Below are positions 42,011-53,311 of a DNA stretch of 64,000 nucleotides, piece after piece. The notes beneath the pieces are model-generated. The model searched no databases. It had not been told where the DNA came from and saw only the letters and a list, made by a program, of their open reading frames with translations. Position 1 is the stretch's first letter. Each line of letters begins with the position of its first letter. The stretch lies in NCBI GenBank assembly GCA_963777575.1, contig CAVZRH010000012.1, positions 14,714-78,713 of the forward strand, given 5' to 3'. The stretch comes from an uncultured Solirubrobacterales bacterium (lineage in GTDB: Bacteria; Actinomycetota; Thermoleophilia; Solirubrobacterales; 70-9). Position numbers and translations under genes: made by a program.

Positions 42011-43360
42011 GTGAGGTTTTCGACGACCAAGGCATTCGCCGCTCTGGCAGCCACGGGCCTGTGCGCCCTCGGGCTCGCGGCCTGCGGCGGGAGCAGCGAC
42101 AGCAGCTCCGGCACGGCTCAGGCGTTCGACCCGAACAAGGACGTGACGATCACCGTCTGGCAGCCGTTCACCCCCGGCGAGCGTGAATCGGGGGTCTTCG
42201 ACAGCGTGGTCGCAGACTTCGAGAAGGTCCACCCCAATGTCCATGTGAAGACCGTCGCGGGGGTGAACGACGAGAAGATCGTCGCCGCGGTCCGCGGCGG
42301 CAATGCCCCCGACGTGGCGCTCTCCTTCTCCTCCGACAACACCGGGGCCTTCTGCAGCTCGGGCGCCTGGATCAACCTTCAGCCCTACATCGACCGCGAC
42401 AACGTCGACATCAACCAGTTCCCGGCGGCGGTCCGCGAGTACACCGAGTACAACGGGACCCGCTGCGCGATGCCGCTGCTGGCCGACGTCTACGGCCTCT
42501 ACTACAACAAGGACATGCTGGCGCAGGCGGGCATCACGTCGCCGCCGAAGACCGCCTCCGAGCTCACCGCCGATGCCCAGAAGCTGACGCAGCGCTCGGG
42601 CGACACCATCAACGTGGCCGGGTTCGATCCGTCGATCGGCTTCTACGAGAACGCCGCGGCCCACTACGCCCCACCGTGGAATGCGCAGTGGTTCGACGGC
42701 GACAAGTCGGATGTCGCGTCGCCGGCCTGGGCCAACCTGCTGACCTGGGACAAGAACCTGATCGACTGGTACGGGTACGACAACCTGCAGCGCTTCCAGG
42801 CCGGGGCCGGCGAGGAGTTCTCGGCGTCGAATGCCTTCGAGAATGGCAAGCTGGCAATGCTCCTGGACGGCGAGTATCGGACGGCCTTCATCAAGGACGA
42901 GCACCCCGAGCTCAACTACGGAACCGCTCCACTGCCGACGGCCGACGATCAGACCGGCCGCTACGGCAGCGGCTACATCACGGGCAGCATCATGGGGATC
43001 CCGAAGGGCAGCTCGAATGAGGCGGCGGCATGGGAGTTCGTCAAGTACATGACCACCAACACCGACGCCCTGGTCAAGCTCGCCAACGGATTGGCCAATG
43101 TGCCGACCACGGAGGCGGCTGCAACCTCGCCGAACCTGCACCTGGTGCCGCAGTTCCAGACGTTCCTGGACATCTTCAAGAACCCGAACACCGAGACGAA
43201 TCCACCGAAGGCGTCCGGGGCGGCGTACCAGGAGCTCTTCGAGTCCTTCATCTCGAAGTGGGAAGCTGGCCAGGTGAGCGATCTCCAGTCAGGGCTCGAG
43301 GGCGTCGCCTCACAGATCGACGCTCAGGAGCAGAACGCGTCGGGCGGTCAGGCGCCGTGA
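42011..43360 (+). CDS. ABC sugar transporter substrate-binding lipoprotein (family 1)
   Basis: Lipobox GLAAC. 449 aa. ...YGLYYNKDML...GIPKGSSNEAAAWEFVKYM. Confidence 0.88.
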   Translation: MRFSTTKAFAALAATGLCALGLAACGGSSDSSSGTAQAFDPNKDVTITVWQPFTPGERESGVFDSVVADFEKVHPNVHVKTVAGVNDEKIVAAVRGGNAPDVALSFSSDNTGAFCSSGAWINLQPYIDRDNVDINQFPAAVREYTEYNGTRCAMPLLADVYGLYYNKDMLAQAGITSPPKTASELTADAQKLTQRSGDTINVAGFDPSIGFYENAAAHYAPPWNAQWFDGDKSDVASPAWANLLTWDKNLIDWYGYDNLQRFQAGAGEEFSASNAFENGKLAMLLDGEYRTAFIKDEHPELNYGTAPLPTADDQTGRYGSGYITGSIMGIPKGSSNEAAAWEFVKYMTTNTDALVKLANGLANVPTTEAAATSPNLHLVPQFQTFLDIFKNPNTETNPPKASGAAYQELFESFISKWEAGQVSDLQSGLEGVASQIDAQEQNASGGQAP

Positions 43361-43376
43361 TCGCCCCCGACCGGTC

Positions 43377-44387
43377 ATGAGCAGCGCGGCTGCGGCCGGG
43401 GCCCTCGGGGCCCTGGCCGCGCCGTCGCCCGAGCGTCAGCGCGCGAAGAAGAAGGCGGCCTGGCGCCGGCGCCGATTCATCCTGCTCTGCATGAGCCCGT
43501 GGATCGTCGGGTTCGCGATCTTCTTCGGCTATCCGCTGATCACGACGGTCCTGCTGTCGTTCACCCACTACGACCTGCTCTCGGACCCGCGCTGGATCGG
43601 CTTCGCGAACTACGACTACCTCTTCGGAGCCGACCAGCAGATCTGGCCGTCGGTCTACAACACGCTCTGGATGATCTGCATCGCGGTGCCGATCGAGGTG
43701 CTGTTCGCCTTCTCGATCGCGCTGATGATCACCCGGGCCCGCATGGGGGTGGGCCTCTTCCGGACGATCTTCTACCTGCCGACGATGGCTCCCGCGGTCG
43801 CGGCCACCCTCGGCTTCGTCTTCCTCTTCAACCCCGCCACCGGCCCGGTCAACACGATCCTCGGCCACCTCGGGGTCACGGGGCCGCTCTGGTTCCAGTC
43901 CCCCTCGCTGGCGAAGCCGTCTCTGACGCTGCTCGGCATCTGGGGCATCGGCAACACGATGATCATCTTCCTCGCCTCGATCCTGGACGTGCCGAAGCAC
44001 CTCTACGAGTCCTCGGAGCTCGACGGAGCCGGGACATGGCAGCGGCTCCGCTACGTCACCCTCCCCACGATCAGCCCGGTGATCCTGTTCGCCGTCGTCA
44101 TCGGCGTGATCGAGGGCCTCCAGTACTTCACCGAGGGCTACGTGGCGAGCACCGTGGCGGCGGGAGGCTCAGGCGGCGGCGCCGGGGACGCGATCAACAA
44201 CCTCGGCTACCCGCAGGACTCGACGCTCTTCTACCCGCTGCTGCTCTACCAGCAGGGATTCCGCTACTTCAACATGGGCTACGCGTCGGCGATGGCGGTG
44301 TTGCTCCTGATCGTCTCGCTCGCTGTGACCGTGGTGATCCTGCGCCGCTCGGATCGCTTCGTCCACTACGCCGGGGCCCCGAGGTGA
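43377..44387 (+). CDS. ABC sugar transporter permease (MalF/UgpA-like)
   Basis: 336 aa with six TM segments and the EAA loop ESSELDGAGTWQRLRYVTLP. Confidence 0.9.
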   Translation: MSSAAAAGALGALAAPSPERQRAKKKAAWRRRRFILLCMSPWIVGFAIFFGYPLITTVLLSFTHYDLLSDPRWIGFANYDYLFGADQQIWPSVYNTLWMICIAVPIEVLFAFSIALMITRARMGVGLFRTIFYLPTMAPAVAATLGFVFLFNPATGPVNTILGHLGVTGPLWFQSPSLAKPSLTLLGIWGIGNTMIIFLASILDVPKHLYESSELDGAGTWQRLRYVTLPTISPVILFAVVIGVIEGLQYFTEGYVASTVAAGGSGGGAGDAINNLGYPQDSTLFYPLLLYQQGFRYFNMGYASAMAVLLLIVSLAVTVVILRRSDRFVHYAGAPR

Positions 44388-44392
44388 GCTGA

Positions 44393-45280
44393 GTGGAAGC
44401 CGCCACTCACCCGCTTCCCATCCCCGTCGAGCGCCGCCGCCCGCCCAAGGAGGTCCGGCGCAAGCGGCTGCTGATCGCGGTCGCCGATCACAGCATCCTG
44501 ATCGGGCTCGCGATCGCCTTCCTGGCGCCCTTCGTCTTCATCGTCCTCACCGCGTTCATGACGAACGACCAGGCGCTCTCCTCGAACCTCTGGCCGAAGC
44601 CGTTCCACCCGAGCAACTTCAGCGACGTCTTCAACAAGGCCCCACTGGTCCGCTATGCCGTCAACTCGTTCCTCTACGCCGGCCTGGCGACACTCGGGGT
44701 GCTGATCTCGAGCGTTCCGGTCGCCTACGCGCTCTCCAGGCTCCGCTGGAGGGGGCGGAACCTCGCCTTCGTCCTCGTCCTGGCGACGATGATGCTGCCG
44801 CCGCAGGTGACGATCGTCCCGCTCTACGTGATGTTCAGCAAGCTGCACCTGGTCGGCTCGATCTGGCCGCTGATCATCCCCAACTGGTTCGGTGACGCCT
44901 TCTCGATCTTCCTGCTGCGCCAGTTCTTCCTGACGATCCCCGCTGAGTACTCGGACGCGGCCCGGGTCGACGGCGCGGGCGAGTTCAGGGTGATGCTGAA
45001 CGTTGTCGTCCGCCTCGCCAAGCCGGCGTTGGTGGCGGTCGCCCTGTTCAGCTTCCTCTTCTGCTGGAACGACTTCTTCGGGCCCCTGCTCTACACCGGT
45101 GAGAACCCCGACCACTGGACGCTGTCCGTCGGCCTCGCCCAGTTCCGCAACGTCCACCAGGTCCAGTGGAACCTGACGATGGCGGCGACGCTCCTCTTCA
45201 TGCTGCCGGTGATCCTCCTGTTCTTCGCCGCTCAGAAGGCCTTCATCGAGGGCGTGACCCTGACGGGGGTGAAGGGATGA
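44393..45280 (+). CDS. ABC sugar transporter permease (MalG/UgpE-like)
   Basis: 295 aa with the EAA loop DAARVDGAGEFRVMLNVVVRLAKP. Confidence 0.9.
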   Translation: MEAATHPLPIPVERRRPPKEVRRKRLLIAVADHSILIGLAIAFLAPFVFIVLTAFMTNDQALSSNLWPKPFHPSNFSDVFNKAPLVRYAVNSFLYAGLATLGVLISSVPVAYALSRLRWRGRNLAFVLVLATMMLPPQVTIVPLYVMFSKLHLVGSIWPLIIPNWFGDAFSIFLLRQFFLTIPAEYSDAARVDGAGEFRVMLNVVVRLAKPALVAVALFSFLFCWNDFFGPLLYTGENPDHWTLSVGLAQFRNVHQVQWNLTMAATLLFMLPVILLFFAAQKAFIEGVTLTGVKG

Positions 45281-46563
45281 GCGGCCTGAAGGTCGCCGTG
45301 ATCGGCGGCGGCTCGACCTACACCCCGGAGCTGGTCTCGACGATCTCGGCGAACGACGACGCACTCCGCGTACGCGAGCTCGTCCTCCAGGACATCGACG
45401 CGGAGCGCCGCGACGTCGTCGGCTCGCTCGCCGCCCGGATGCTGTCCCGGCAGGGCTTCGAGGGCAGCCTCGAGCTCACCGACGACCTCGACCTGGCACT
45501 TCGCGACGCCGACGCCGTGCTGATCCAGATCCGCGTCGGTGGCCAGGCCGCCCGCCTCTCGGACGAGACGGTCCCGCTCCGCTGCGGCTGTATCGGCCAG
45601 GAGACGACGGGCGCCGGCGGCTTCGCCAAGGCGATGAGGACCGTGCCCGTGGTGCTCGAGATCGCCGAGCGCGTCCGCCAGCTGTCCGCGCCGGACGCCT
45701 GGATCGTCGACTTCACCAACCCGGTCGGGATCGTCACGCGGGCCCTGCTCGACGCGGGCCATCGTGCGGTGGGCCTCTGCAACGTCGCGATCGGCTTCCA
45801 ACGGGAGTTCGCGCGCCTCCTCGGTGTGCCGGGGAACCGGATCGCCGTCGACCAGGTCGGCCTCAACCACCTGACGTGGGTGAGGTCGGCCTGGCTCGAC
45901 GGTCAGGACGCCCTCCCGGCGCTGCTCGACTCGCACCTCGAGGAGATCGCCGAGGGCATCGAGCTGCGGCCCGAGCTGCTCACCGAGCTCGGCGCGGTTC
46001 CCTCCTACTACCTCCGCTACTTCTACGACCACGACGAGGTGCTCGACGAGCAGCTCGGTGGGACCCCGCGAGCGCAGGTCGTCGCCGAGATCGAGCGGGA
46101 GCTGCTCGACCTCTACCGCGATCCGGAGCTGACCGAGAAGCCCGCGCTGCTCGAGCAACGGGGCGGCGCCTTCTACAGCGAGGCCGCCACCGCCCTCGTC
46201 CGGTCCCTCTTCGCCGACGCCGGCGACACCCAGGTGATCGACACCCGCAACGGGGACACGATCCCAGGGCTCGCGCCGGACGACGTCGTGGAGGTCCCGG
46301 CGCGGATCGGCGCGTCGGGCCCGGAGCCGCTCGACCAGGCCGAGCTGGCGCCGGAGCTGATCGGCCTGACGAGGCACGTGGCGTCCTACGAGCGGTTGAC
46401 TGCCGGCGCGGCCGTGAGCCGCGACCCGGTCGCCGCGAAGAAGGCGCTGCTCGCCCACCCGCTGATCGGCCAGGACGAGCTCGCGACCAAGCTGCTCGAG
46501 CAGCTGGCGGCGGCCGAGCGCTCGGGCATCCCGCTGCCGGTGCCGGAGGGGGCCACGCGATGA
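45277..46563 (+). CDS. Glycoside hydrolase family 4 enzyme (6-phospho-beta-glucosidase, CelF/ChbF-like)
   Basis: KVAVIGGGSTYTPEL (NAD-binding), GQETTGAGG, and GLCNV (Cys-Asn motif). The ATG overlaps the upstream stop (ATGA). Confidence 0.85.
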   Translation: MSGLKVAVIGGGSTYTPELVSTISANDDALRVRELVLQDIDAERRDVVGSLAARMLSRQGFEGSLELTDDLDLALRDADAVLIQIRVGGQAARLSDETVPLRCGCIGQETTGAGGFAKAMRTVPVVLEIAERVRQLSAPDAWIVDFTNPVGIVTRALLDAGHRAVGLCNVAIGFQREFARLLGVPGNRIAVDQVGLNHLTWVRSAWLDGQDALPALLDSHLEEIAEGIELRPELLTELGAVPSYYLRYFYDHDEVLDEQLGGTPRAQVVAEIERELLDLYRDPELTEKPALLEQRGGAFYSEAATALVRSLFADAGDTQVIDTRNGDTIPGLAPDDVVEVPARIGASGPEPLDQAELAPELIGLTRHVASYERLTAGAAVSRDPVAAKKALLAHPLIGQDELATKLLEQLAAAERSGIPLPVPEGATR

Positions 46564-47552
46564 GCGACCAGCTGGCGCTGGCTGTCGACGGCGGCAACTC
46601 GAAGACGGACCTCGCCCTGATCCGAGTCGACGGCGCGGTGCTGTCGGCGGTTCGGGGCCCGGGCAGCTCCCAGCACAAGCTCGGCGTGGACGGCTCGATC
46701 GAGGTTCTCGGCACCCTGCTCGAGAGGGCGGCCGCCGACGCCGGCGTGGAGGTGAACCACCGGCCGGTCGCCGAGGTGGGGAGGGTGATGATCGCGGGCG
46801 CCGACCTGCCCGAGGAGGAGGAGATCCTGCAGAAGGCGCTGGCCGACCAGGGGTGGGCACCGCGCACCGAGGTGGCTAACGACACCTTCGCCGTATTGCG
46901 CGCCGGGACCGATCGTGGCTGGGGAGTTGCGCTCGTCTGCGGCGCGGGCATCAACTGCGTCGGCGTCGCCGAGGACGGCCGCGTGGCGCGGTTCGCAGCA
47001 CTCGGCAGGATCACCGGTGACTGGGGAGGCGGCGATGACGTCGGCCCCGAGGCGCTCTGGGCTGCGGCGCGGAGCGCCGACGGCCGCGGGCCCAAGACCA
47101 CTCTGGAGAAGGCGGTCCCGGAGAACTTCGATCTCGAGACGCCCCTCGATGTCGCGCGGGCCATTCACTTCGACCAGATGCCGTATGAGCGGCTGATCGA
47201 GCTCGCCCCGGTGGTCCTGGCCGAGGCGGCGACCGATCCGGTGGCGGGCGAGATCGTCGACCGCCTCAAGGCGGAGATGGTCAATCTCGCGCGGGTGGCA
47301 ATCGAGCGCCTCGCCCTCGGTGGCGAGTCCTTCGAGGTCGTCCTCGGAGGCGGGATGTTCCGAGCGGACGGCCAGGAGCTGGTCGACGCCGTGACCGCGG
47401 GGGTGAGCGAGTTCGCGCCCCACGCGACCGTGACCGCGATCGACGCCCACCCGATCGTCGGCGCGGCGCTGCTCGCGCTGGACGAGCTCGGTTCGGAGCC
47501 TGCGGCGAAGGAGCGCGTCCGCCGTTCTCTGGCGGATGCGGGATTAGGCTGA
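46560..47552 (+). CDS. BadF/BadG/BcrA/BcrD-type ATPase (N-acetylglucosamine-kinase-like sugar kinase)
   Basis: LAVDGGNSKTDLAL, VCGAGINCVG and GDWGGG. The ATG overlaps the upstream stop (ATGA). Confidence 0.8.
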   Translation: MSDQLALAVDGGNSKTDLALIRVDGAVLSAVRGPGSSQHKLGVDGSIEVLGTLLERAAADAGVEVNHRPVAEVGRVMIAGADLPEEEEILQKALADQGWAPRTEVANDTFAVLRAGTDRGWGVALVCGAGINCVGVAEDGRVARFAALGRITGDWGGGDDVGPEALWAAARSADGRGPKTTLEKAVPENFDLETPLDVARAIHFDQMPYERLIELAPVVLAEAATDPVAGEIVDRLKAEMVNLARVAIERLALGGESFEVVLGGGMFRADGQELVDAVTAGVSEFAPHATVTAIDAHPIVGAALLALDELGSEPAAKERVRRSLADAGLG

Positions 47553-47573
47553 TGCAGAGGAGAGGGTTGTCTC

Positions 47574-48650
<1,077 letters not shown>

Positions 48651-48672
48651 TCCACCCACGCGGATTGGTGCC

Positions 48673-49854
48673 ATGAACACCCAGACCAACGCCGGCGCGG
48701 CAGCGAGGCCATCCCTGCTCCGCCATCTCAACGAGCGGACCGTTCTGGATGCGATCCGCGATGGCGCCCCGATCTCGCGAGCGAAGATCTCGAGAGCAGT
48801 GGGCATCTCGAAGCCGACGGTGTCAGTCGCGCTTCGCTCGCTGCTAGACGCCGGTCTGGTGCGCGAGGCGAGCGAGACCGGCGACGGGCCGAGCTACGGC
48901 GCGACGTTCTTCGAGCCCGTTCCCGACGTAGCCGTGGTGCTGGGGTTGGACCTCGGCGCTCGCTTCCTGCGCGGCGCGATCTGCGACCTGGGCGGCGAGA
49001 TCCGCGCCCGGCAGGACGTGGAGCTGCCCGACGCGGAGGCCCAGTCGGCGATCGCCGCGGCTGCCGAACTCAAGGAGCGCCTGATCGCGGCGGGCGACGT
49101 CAGCGACGGCTCGATCGACGGAGCGGTCATCGGGGTTCCGGGCGTGGTCACCGGGGGCGGCGAGGTCGCGCAGGCGGAGAACGTTCACGGGCTCGAGGGC
49201 ATGAGGGTCGATGCCGAGCTCGAGCGGCTGCTCGGGGTGCCCGTGACCCTCGAGAACGACATCAACCTCGCCGCTCTCGGCGAGCAGTCGTACGGAGTGG
49301 CGCGCGGCGTCGACGACTTCGTCTTCCTCTCGGTCGGCACCGGACTCGGCGCGGGCGTGGTCCTCCATCGCGAGCTGCATCAGGGGTACCACGGCGCCGC
49401 CGGGGAGATCGACTTCGCGCTCGGATCCGGGATCGAGCGCGACACGGATCCGGCCGCCCCGGCAATCGCGGACTTCGCTCGCCGGCTGGCGGACACGGAC
49501 GGGCGCCAGAGCACTCTCGGCGCCTCCTTCGAGGTGCCTGAGGTCTTCGGCGCCGCCCGCGCGGGCGACGCGCTGGCGCTGGAGGTGGTCGACGAGGAGG
49601 CGCGCCGCATCGCCCTTCACATCGCCCCGGTCGCCGCAGTGATCGACGTTGAGCTGATCGTCATCGGTGGTGGCATCGGTGCCAACGGCGACCTCCTGCT
49701 CGCGCCGATCCGTGCCCGTCTCGATGAGCTCCTCCCCTACCCACCCCGCGTCGAGGTCTCGAGCCTCGGTGACGCCGCCGTGCTCAACGGCGCGCTGGCT
49801 GTGGGCAGGGCCGCGGCGCTCGACAGCGTGTTCGAGAACCGCGCCCACGCCTGA
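48673..49854 (+). CDS. ROK family transcriptional regulator (NagC/Mlc-like)
   Basis: N-terminal wHTH ISRAKISRAVGISKPTVSVALRSLLDAGLV. ROK body GVPGVV...ENDINLAALGE...GTGLGAGVV...GAAGEI. Confidence 0.88.
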   Translation: MNTQTNAGAAARPSLLRHLNERTVLDAIRDGAPISRAKISRAVGISKPTVSVALRSLLDAGLVREASETGDGPSYGATFFEPVPDVAVVLGLDLGARFLRGAICDLGGEIRARQDVELPDAEAQSAIAAAAELKERLIAAGDVSDGSIDGAVIGVPGVVTGGGEVAQAENVHGLEGMRVDAELERLLGVPVTLENDINLAALGEQSYGVARGVDDFVFLSVGTGLGAGVVLHRELHQGYHGAAGEIDFALGSGIERDTDPAAPAIADFARRLADTDGRQSTLGASFEVPEVFGAARAGDALALEVVDEEARRIALHIAPVAAVIDVELIVIGGGIGANGDLLLAPIRARLDELLPYPPRVEVSSLGDAAVLNGALAVGRAAALDSVFENRAHA

Positions 49855-49904
49855 CCCGGCCCACCGCAGCACGCCAGTGAGCGAGCCGTCAAGATCCCAT
49901 CTAT

Positions 49905-50231
49905 ATGGCCACCGCTGAGCTCACCGTCATCGGGCTGGGGCGAACCGATCCCAGCGCCGGCGAGTACATCGCCGAGATCCAGCGCCGGCTCGCCGCTCAG
50001 GACAAGGTCCGCTACGAGCTGCACGCGATGGGGACCGACCTGGAGGGCTCGACCGAGGACATCCTCGCCGTCGTCGCCGAGCTCCACCGTGTCCCCTTCG
50101 AGATGGGACTGCCTCGCGTCTACACGGTGCTGAAGCTGGACGACCGCCGCGACAAGCAACAGAGCCTGGCCGACAAGGTGCGCTCGGTGGAGGCTCGCCT
50201 CGAGGACCAGTCTCGATGGAGAACCTCCTGA
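49905..50231 (+). CDS. MTH1187/YkoF-like (UPF0045) thiamine-binding family protein
   Basis: 108 aa. ...YIAEIQRRLAAQDKVRYELHAMGTDLEGSTEDILAVVAELH. Confidence 0.65.
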   Translation: MATAELTVIGLGRTDPSAGEYIAEIQRRLAAQDKVRYELHAMGTDLEGSTEDILAVVAELHRVPFEMGLPRVYTVLKLDDRRDKQQSLADKVRSVEARLEDQSRWRTS

Positions 50232-50236
50232 GGTAG

Positions 50237-50323
50237 TGCCGGGGGTGGGATTCGAACCCACATGCCCCCGAGGGGGCAGCCGGGTTTAAGTCGGCCACGT
50301 ATCGCCATTTCCGTCACCCCGGC
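50237..50323 (-). tRNA. tRNA-Leu (anticodon TAA), class II with a long variable arm
   Basis: The reverse complement is GCCGGGGTGACGGAAATGGCGATACGTGGCCGACTTAAACCCGGCTGCCCCCTCGGGGGCATGTGGGTTCGAATCCCACCCCCGGCA. Anticodon loop CTTAAAC. T-arm GTGGG-TTCGAAT-CCCAC. Confidence 0.9.
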
Positions 50324-50367
50324 AGGCCTCAAGATTTTACGTCCACTACGAGCACGAACATACGTTC

Positions 50368-51144
50368 GTGTATTCCGAGCACGGCCCCAGCACGGTCTCA
50401 CTCCTCCTTCGAATGGGATTGAGCCGCAAGGCGATAGCGCGCTGCACTGGCATCTCAGTTCGGACCGTTAGTCGGTGGTGCAACCAAAGCGCCGAAAGAC
50501 ATTCTTGGTCAGGGACCGGACCCCGGCGCCAACGAATCAGAGCAAACAGCCTTCCGGCGATCCTCGCTTCAGCAGACCTTGGTTCCTATGCGTATCTCTT
50601 GGGCCTCTACCTGGGAGACGGACACATCGCAGAACACCGTCGCGGCGTTTACCAGCTGCGCATCTCGATGGACTCGCGTTATCCGGGAATCATCGAAGAA
50701 ACAGTCGGGGCTATGCAGGCGGTTCTACCGCGCAATCGGGTGAACGTCCTCAAGCATCCCCGGCACCAGGTCGTGCAGATCGTCTGCTGGTCCAAAGCGT
50801 TGCCCAACCTCTTTCCTCAGCATGGCGCAGGCCGGAAACACCGCCGGCGGATTGAGCTGACGAAATGGCAACAACCGATCACCTTCGTACACGCGGAGGA
50901 GCTGATCCGGGGCTTGATCCATTCGGACGGCTGTCGCTTTGTGGCTCGACAGCCACGGCTCGGGCGGATCTATTGCTACTCCCGGTACTGCTTCAGCAAC
51001 AGATCGCGGGACATCATGCGCATCTTCTGCGAGCACCTTGACCTGCTTGAGATTCACTGGACCCTGACCGACGCAGAGCAGGCGCAGATTGCTCGGCGGG
51101 GGTCGGTCAACGCACTCGACAAGTTCGTCGGCCCGAAACGCTGA
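50368..51144 (+). CDS. Free-standing double-motif LAGLIDADG homing-endonuclease-like protein with an N-terminal HTH
   Basis: HTH LSRKAIARCTGISVRTVSRW. Motif 1 is YLLGLYLGDGHI and motif 2 is LIRGLIHSDGC, about 100 aa apart, and both keep the acidic residue. A 60-nt sample (50581-50640) is 34/60 G+C, visibly below its surroundings. Confidence 0.7.
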   Translation: MYSEHGPSTVSLLLRMGLSRKAIARCTGISVRTVSRWCNQSAERHSWSGTGPRRQRIRANSLPAILASADLGSYAYLLGLYLGDGHIAEHRRGVYQLRISMDSRYPGIIEETVGAMQAVLPRNRVNVLKHPRHQVVQIVCWSKALPNLFPQHGAGRKHRRRIELTKWQQPITFVHAEELIRGLIHSDGCRFVARQPRLGRIYCYSRYCFSNRSRDIMRIFCEHLDLLEIHWTLTDAEQAQIARRGSVNALDKFVGPKR

Positions 51145-51148
51145 GTCG

Positions 51149-51582
51149 CTAGATCGCGAGCGAGTGGTCCTCGAGCGCCTTGACTAAGAGCTCGCGCAGC
51201 TCGTCGCGCTCGGCAGCGCTGAGGTTGCCGAGCACGTCGTCCTCGACCGTCTCGAGCTCGTGCTCCGCCTTCTCGAGGGCCTTCTGGCCCTTCGGGGTGA
51301 TCGCGACGATGTGACGGCGGCGGTCCTCCGGATCGCGGACCCGCTCGATCAGGCCGTTCTCCTCGAGGCCGTTGAGAAGGATCACGCAGTTGTTCGCGTC
51401 CATCATCAGCGTCTTCGCGAGCTTCTGCTGGGTGGCGCGGGTGCTCTCGCGCAGATAGGTGAGCGCGACGAACTCCTTCAGCTTCACGCCGAGCAGCTCG
51501 GGGGTGGCGCTGCGGTAGATGACGCGGGAGAGGCGCGTCAGCAGGTTCATCGTTCCCGCGACGGATGGTGCTTGCGTGGTCA
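51149..51582 (-). CDS. MarR family transcriptional regulator
   Basis: KEFVALTYLRESTRATQQKLAKTLMMDANNCVILLNGLEENGLIERVRDPEDRR. Divergent from the MFS efflux gene. Confidence 0.88.
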
Positions 51583-51650
51583 TCTCTTCTCCCAATCGTA
51601 GCCCGACTACAGGAATGATCCTTGACTCGGTGATTATCCCTGATATAGTG

Positions 51651-53175
51651 ATGATCCTCGTGGAGGCTACTACCAACACATTAGCGACTAACGGGGCGCG
51701 CAGCGACCGAACGCGGTGGATCGCGCTCTTCGTCGTCTGCCTGGGCCAGCTGATGGTCATTCTCGACACGACGATCGTCAACGTCGCGCTCCCCTCCATC
51801 CAGTCCGACCTGCACTTCAGCCAGTCGAGCCTGACCTGGGTGATCGACGGCTACCTGATCACCTTCGGGAGCCTGCTCCTGCTCGCAGGCCGCCTGGGCG
51901 ACCTCTTCGGGCGCAAGCGGGTCTTCCTGCTCGGCGTCCTCTCCTTCGTGGTCGCCTCGATGCTGTGCGGCCTCTCCCCCAGCGGCGGCGTCCTCGTGGT
52001 CGCCCGCCTCCTGCAGGGCGCCGCCGCTGCCCTCGTCTCGGCGGTGATCATCGCGATCATCGCCGTGGAGTTCCCCGCGCCCGCCGAGCGCGCCAAGGCG
52101 ATGAGCCTCTACACCTTCGTGATCGCGGGCGGCGCCTCGATGGGCCTGCTGCTCGGCGGCGTCCTGACCGAGACGATCAGCTGGCACTGGATCTTCTTCG
52201 TCAACCTGCCGATCGGCGCCGTCGCCTACGTCCTCGGGCGCAGGCTGATCGCCGAGAACGAGGGCATCGCCGACCGCGGCCGGATCGACTGGCTCGGCTC
52301 GGTCCTGATCACGGCTTCCTCGATCGCAGCGATCTACGCCCTGATCAAGATCCCCGAGTGGGGCTGGACCGGCGAGCGGACCCTCGGCCTCGCCGCGCGT
52401 CGCCGCCCTGCTGCTGGCCGGCTTCGTCGCCCTCGAGTCCCGAATCGCCAATCCGATCATGCCGCTGCGCGTGCTCAGCCTCCGCAGCCTGATCACGGCC
52501 AACCTGGTCCGCGGCTTCCTGGTCACCGGCGCCTACTCCACCTTCTTCCTCGGCTCGCTCTACTTCGAGCACGTCCGCGGTATGAGCCCGATCGAGATCG
52601 GCCTCGCCTTCATGGCGATGAGCCTCGCCCTGGCGACGATGTCGGCCGGGCTCGCGGCGCGGCTGGTCGCCCGCTTCGGCCCCAAGCCCACGCTGGTCGC
52701 CGGCATCGCCGGGCCGGTGGTCGGCCTGCTGCTCTTCTCGCAGATCGGGCAGTCCACCCCCTACTTCCCCCTGGTCTTCGTCTCCCTCGCCCTGCTCGGC
52801 TTCGGCTTCGGCGCCGCCAACCCGCCGCTGATGATGATCGCGATGGAGGATGTGCCCGCCAGGGACGCCGGCCTCGCCTCCGGGACCATTCAGGTCTCGA
52901 TCCAGCTCTCGGCGGCAATCGGCCTGGCGGCGCTCGGCACGATCGCGACCGACCGGACGAACTCGCTCGCATCCCAGGGCCAGAACGCGGCCGACGCCCT
53001 CAGCGGCGGCTACCACCTCGCCTTCCTGATCGCCGCGGGCTTTGCCGCTGTCGGCATCGCGATCGCGATCTTCGGGCTGCGCACACCGCGACCCGCGGAG
53101 GTCGAGGCCGAGATCGAGGAGGGCGCCCCGGTCGGCATCGAGGCGGAGGCTGCCGAGCTCCGCCAGGCGGCTTAG
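51651..53175 (+). pseudogene. MFS drug:H+ antiporter, DHA2 (EmrB/QacA, 14-TMS) family; frame change near 52397
   Basis: WIALFVVCLGQLMVILDTTIVNVALPSIQ...LAGRLGDLFGRKRVF in ORF 51519-53186. VAALLLAGFVALESRIANPIMPLRVL... continues in ORF 52459-53175. Confidence 0.85.
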
Positions 53176-53311
53176 ACGAGCCTTAGGCCGATCGGCGAGA
53201 ATCACCCCTCGAGAGGAGGAAATCCCCGCAAATAGCAGCCGGAAGGCGCGCTTTGCCCCCAGATTTCCGGGGCATTAAGCACCGGCAAGGCGCAACCAGA
53301 CCGCTGCTACG

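Noticed and set aside
41060-46860. Long minus-strand ORFs (41060-43141, 44366-45364, 45232-46860) opposite the sugar operon
   Set aside because: They are antisense to clearly recognisable SBP, permease and GH4 genes. Their composition is Arg/Pro/Gly-dominated and no domains are visible.
50237-51148. A full genomic island or prophage at tRNA-Leu
   Set aside because: I found no duplicated tRNA 3' segment and no integrase. Only a single gene is inserted.
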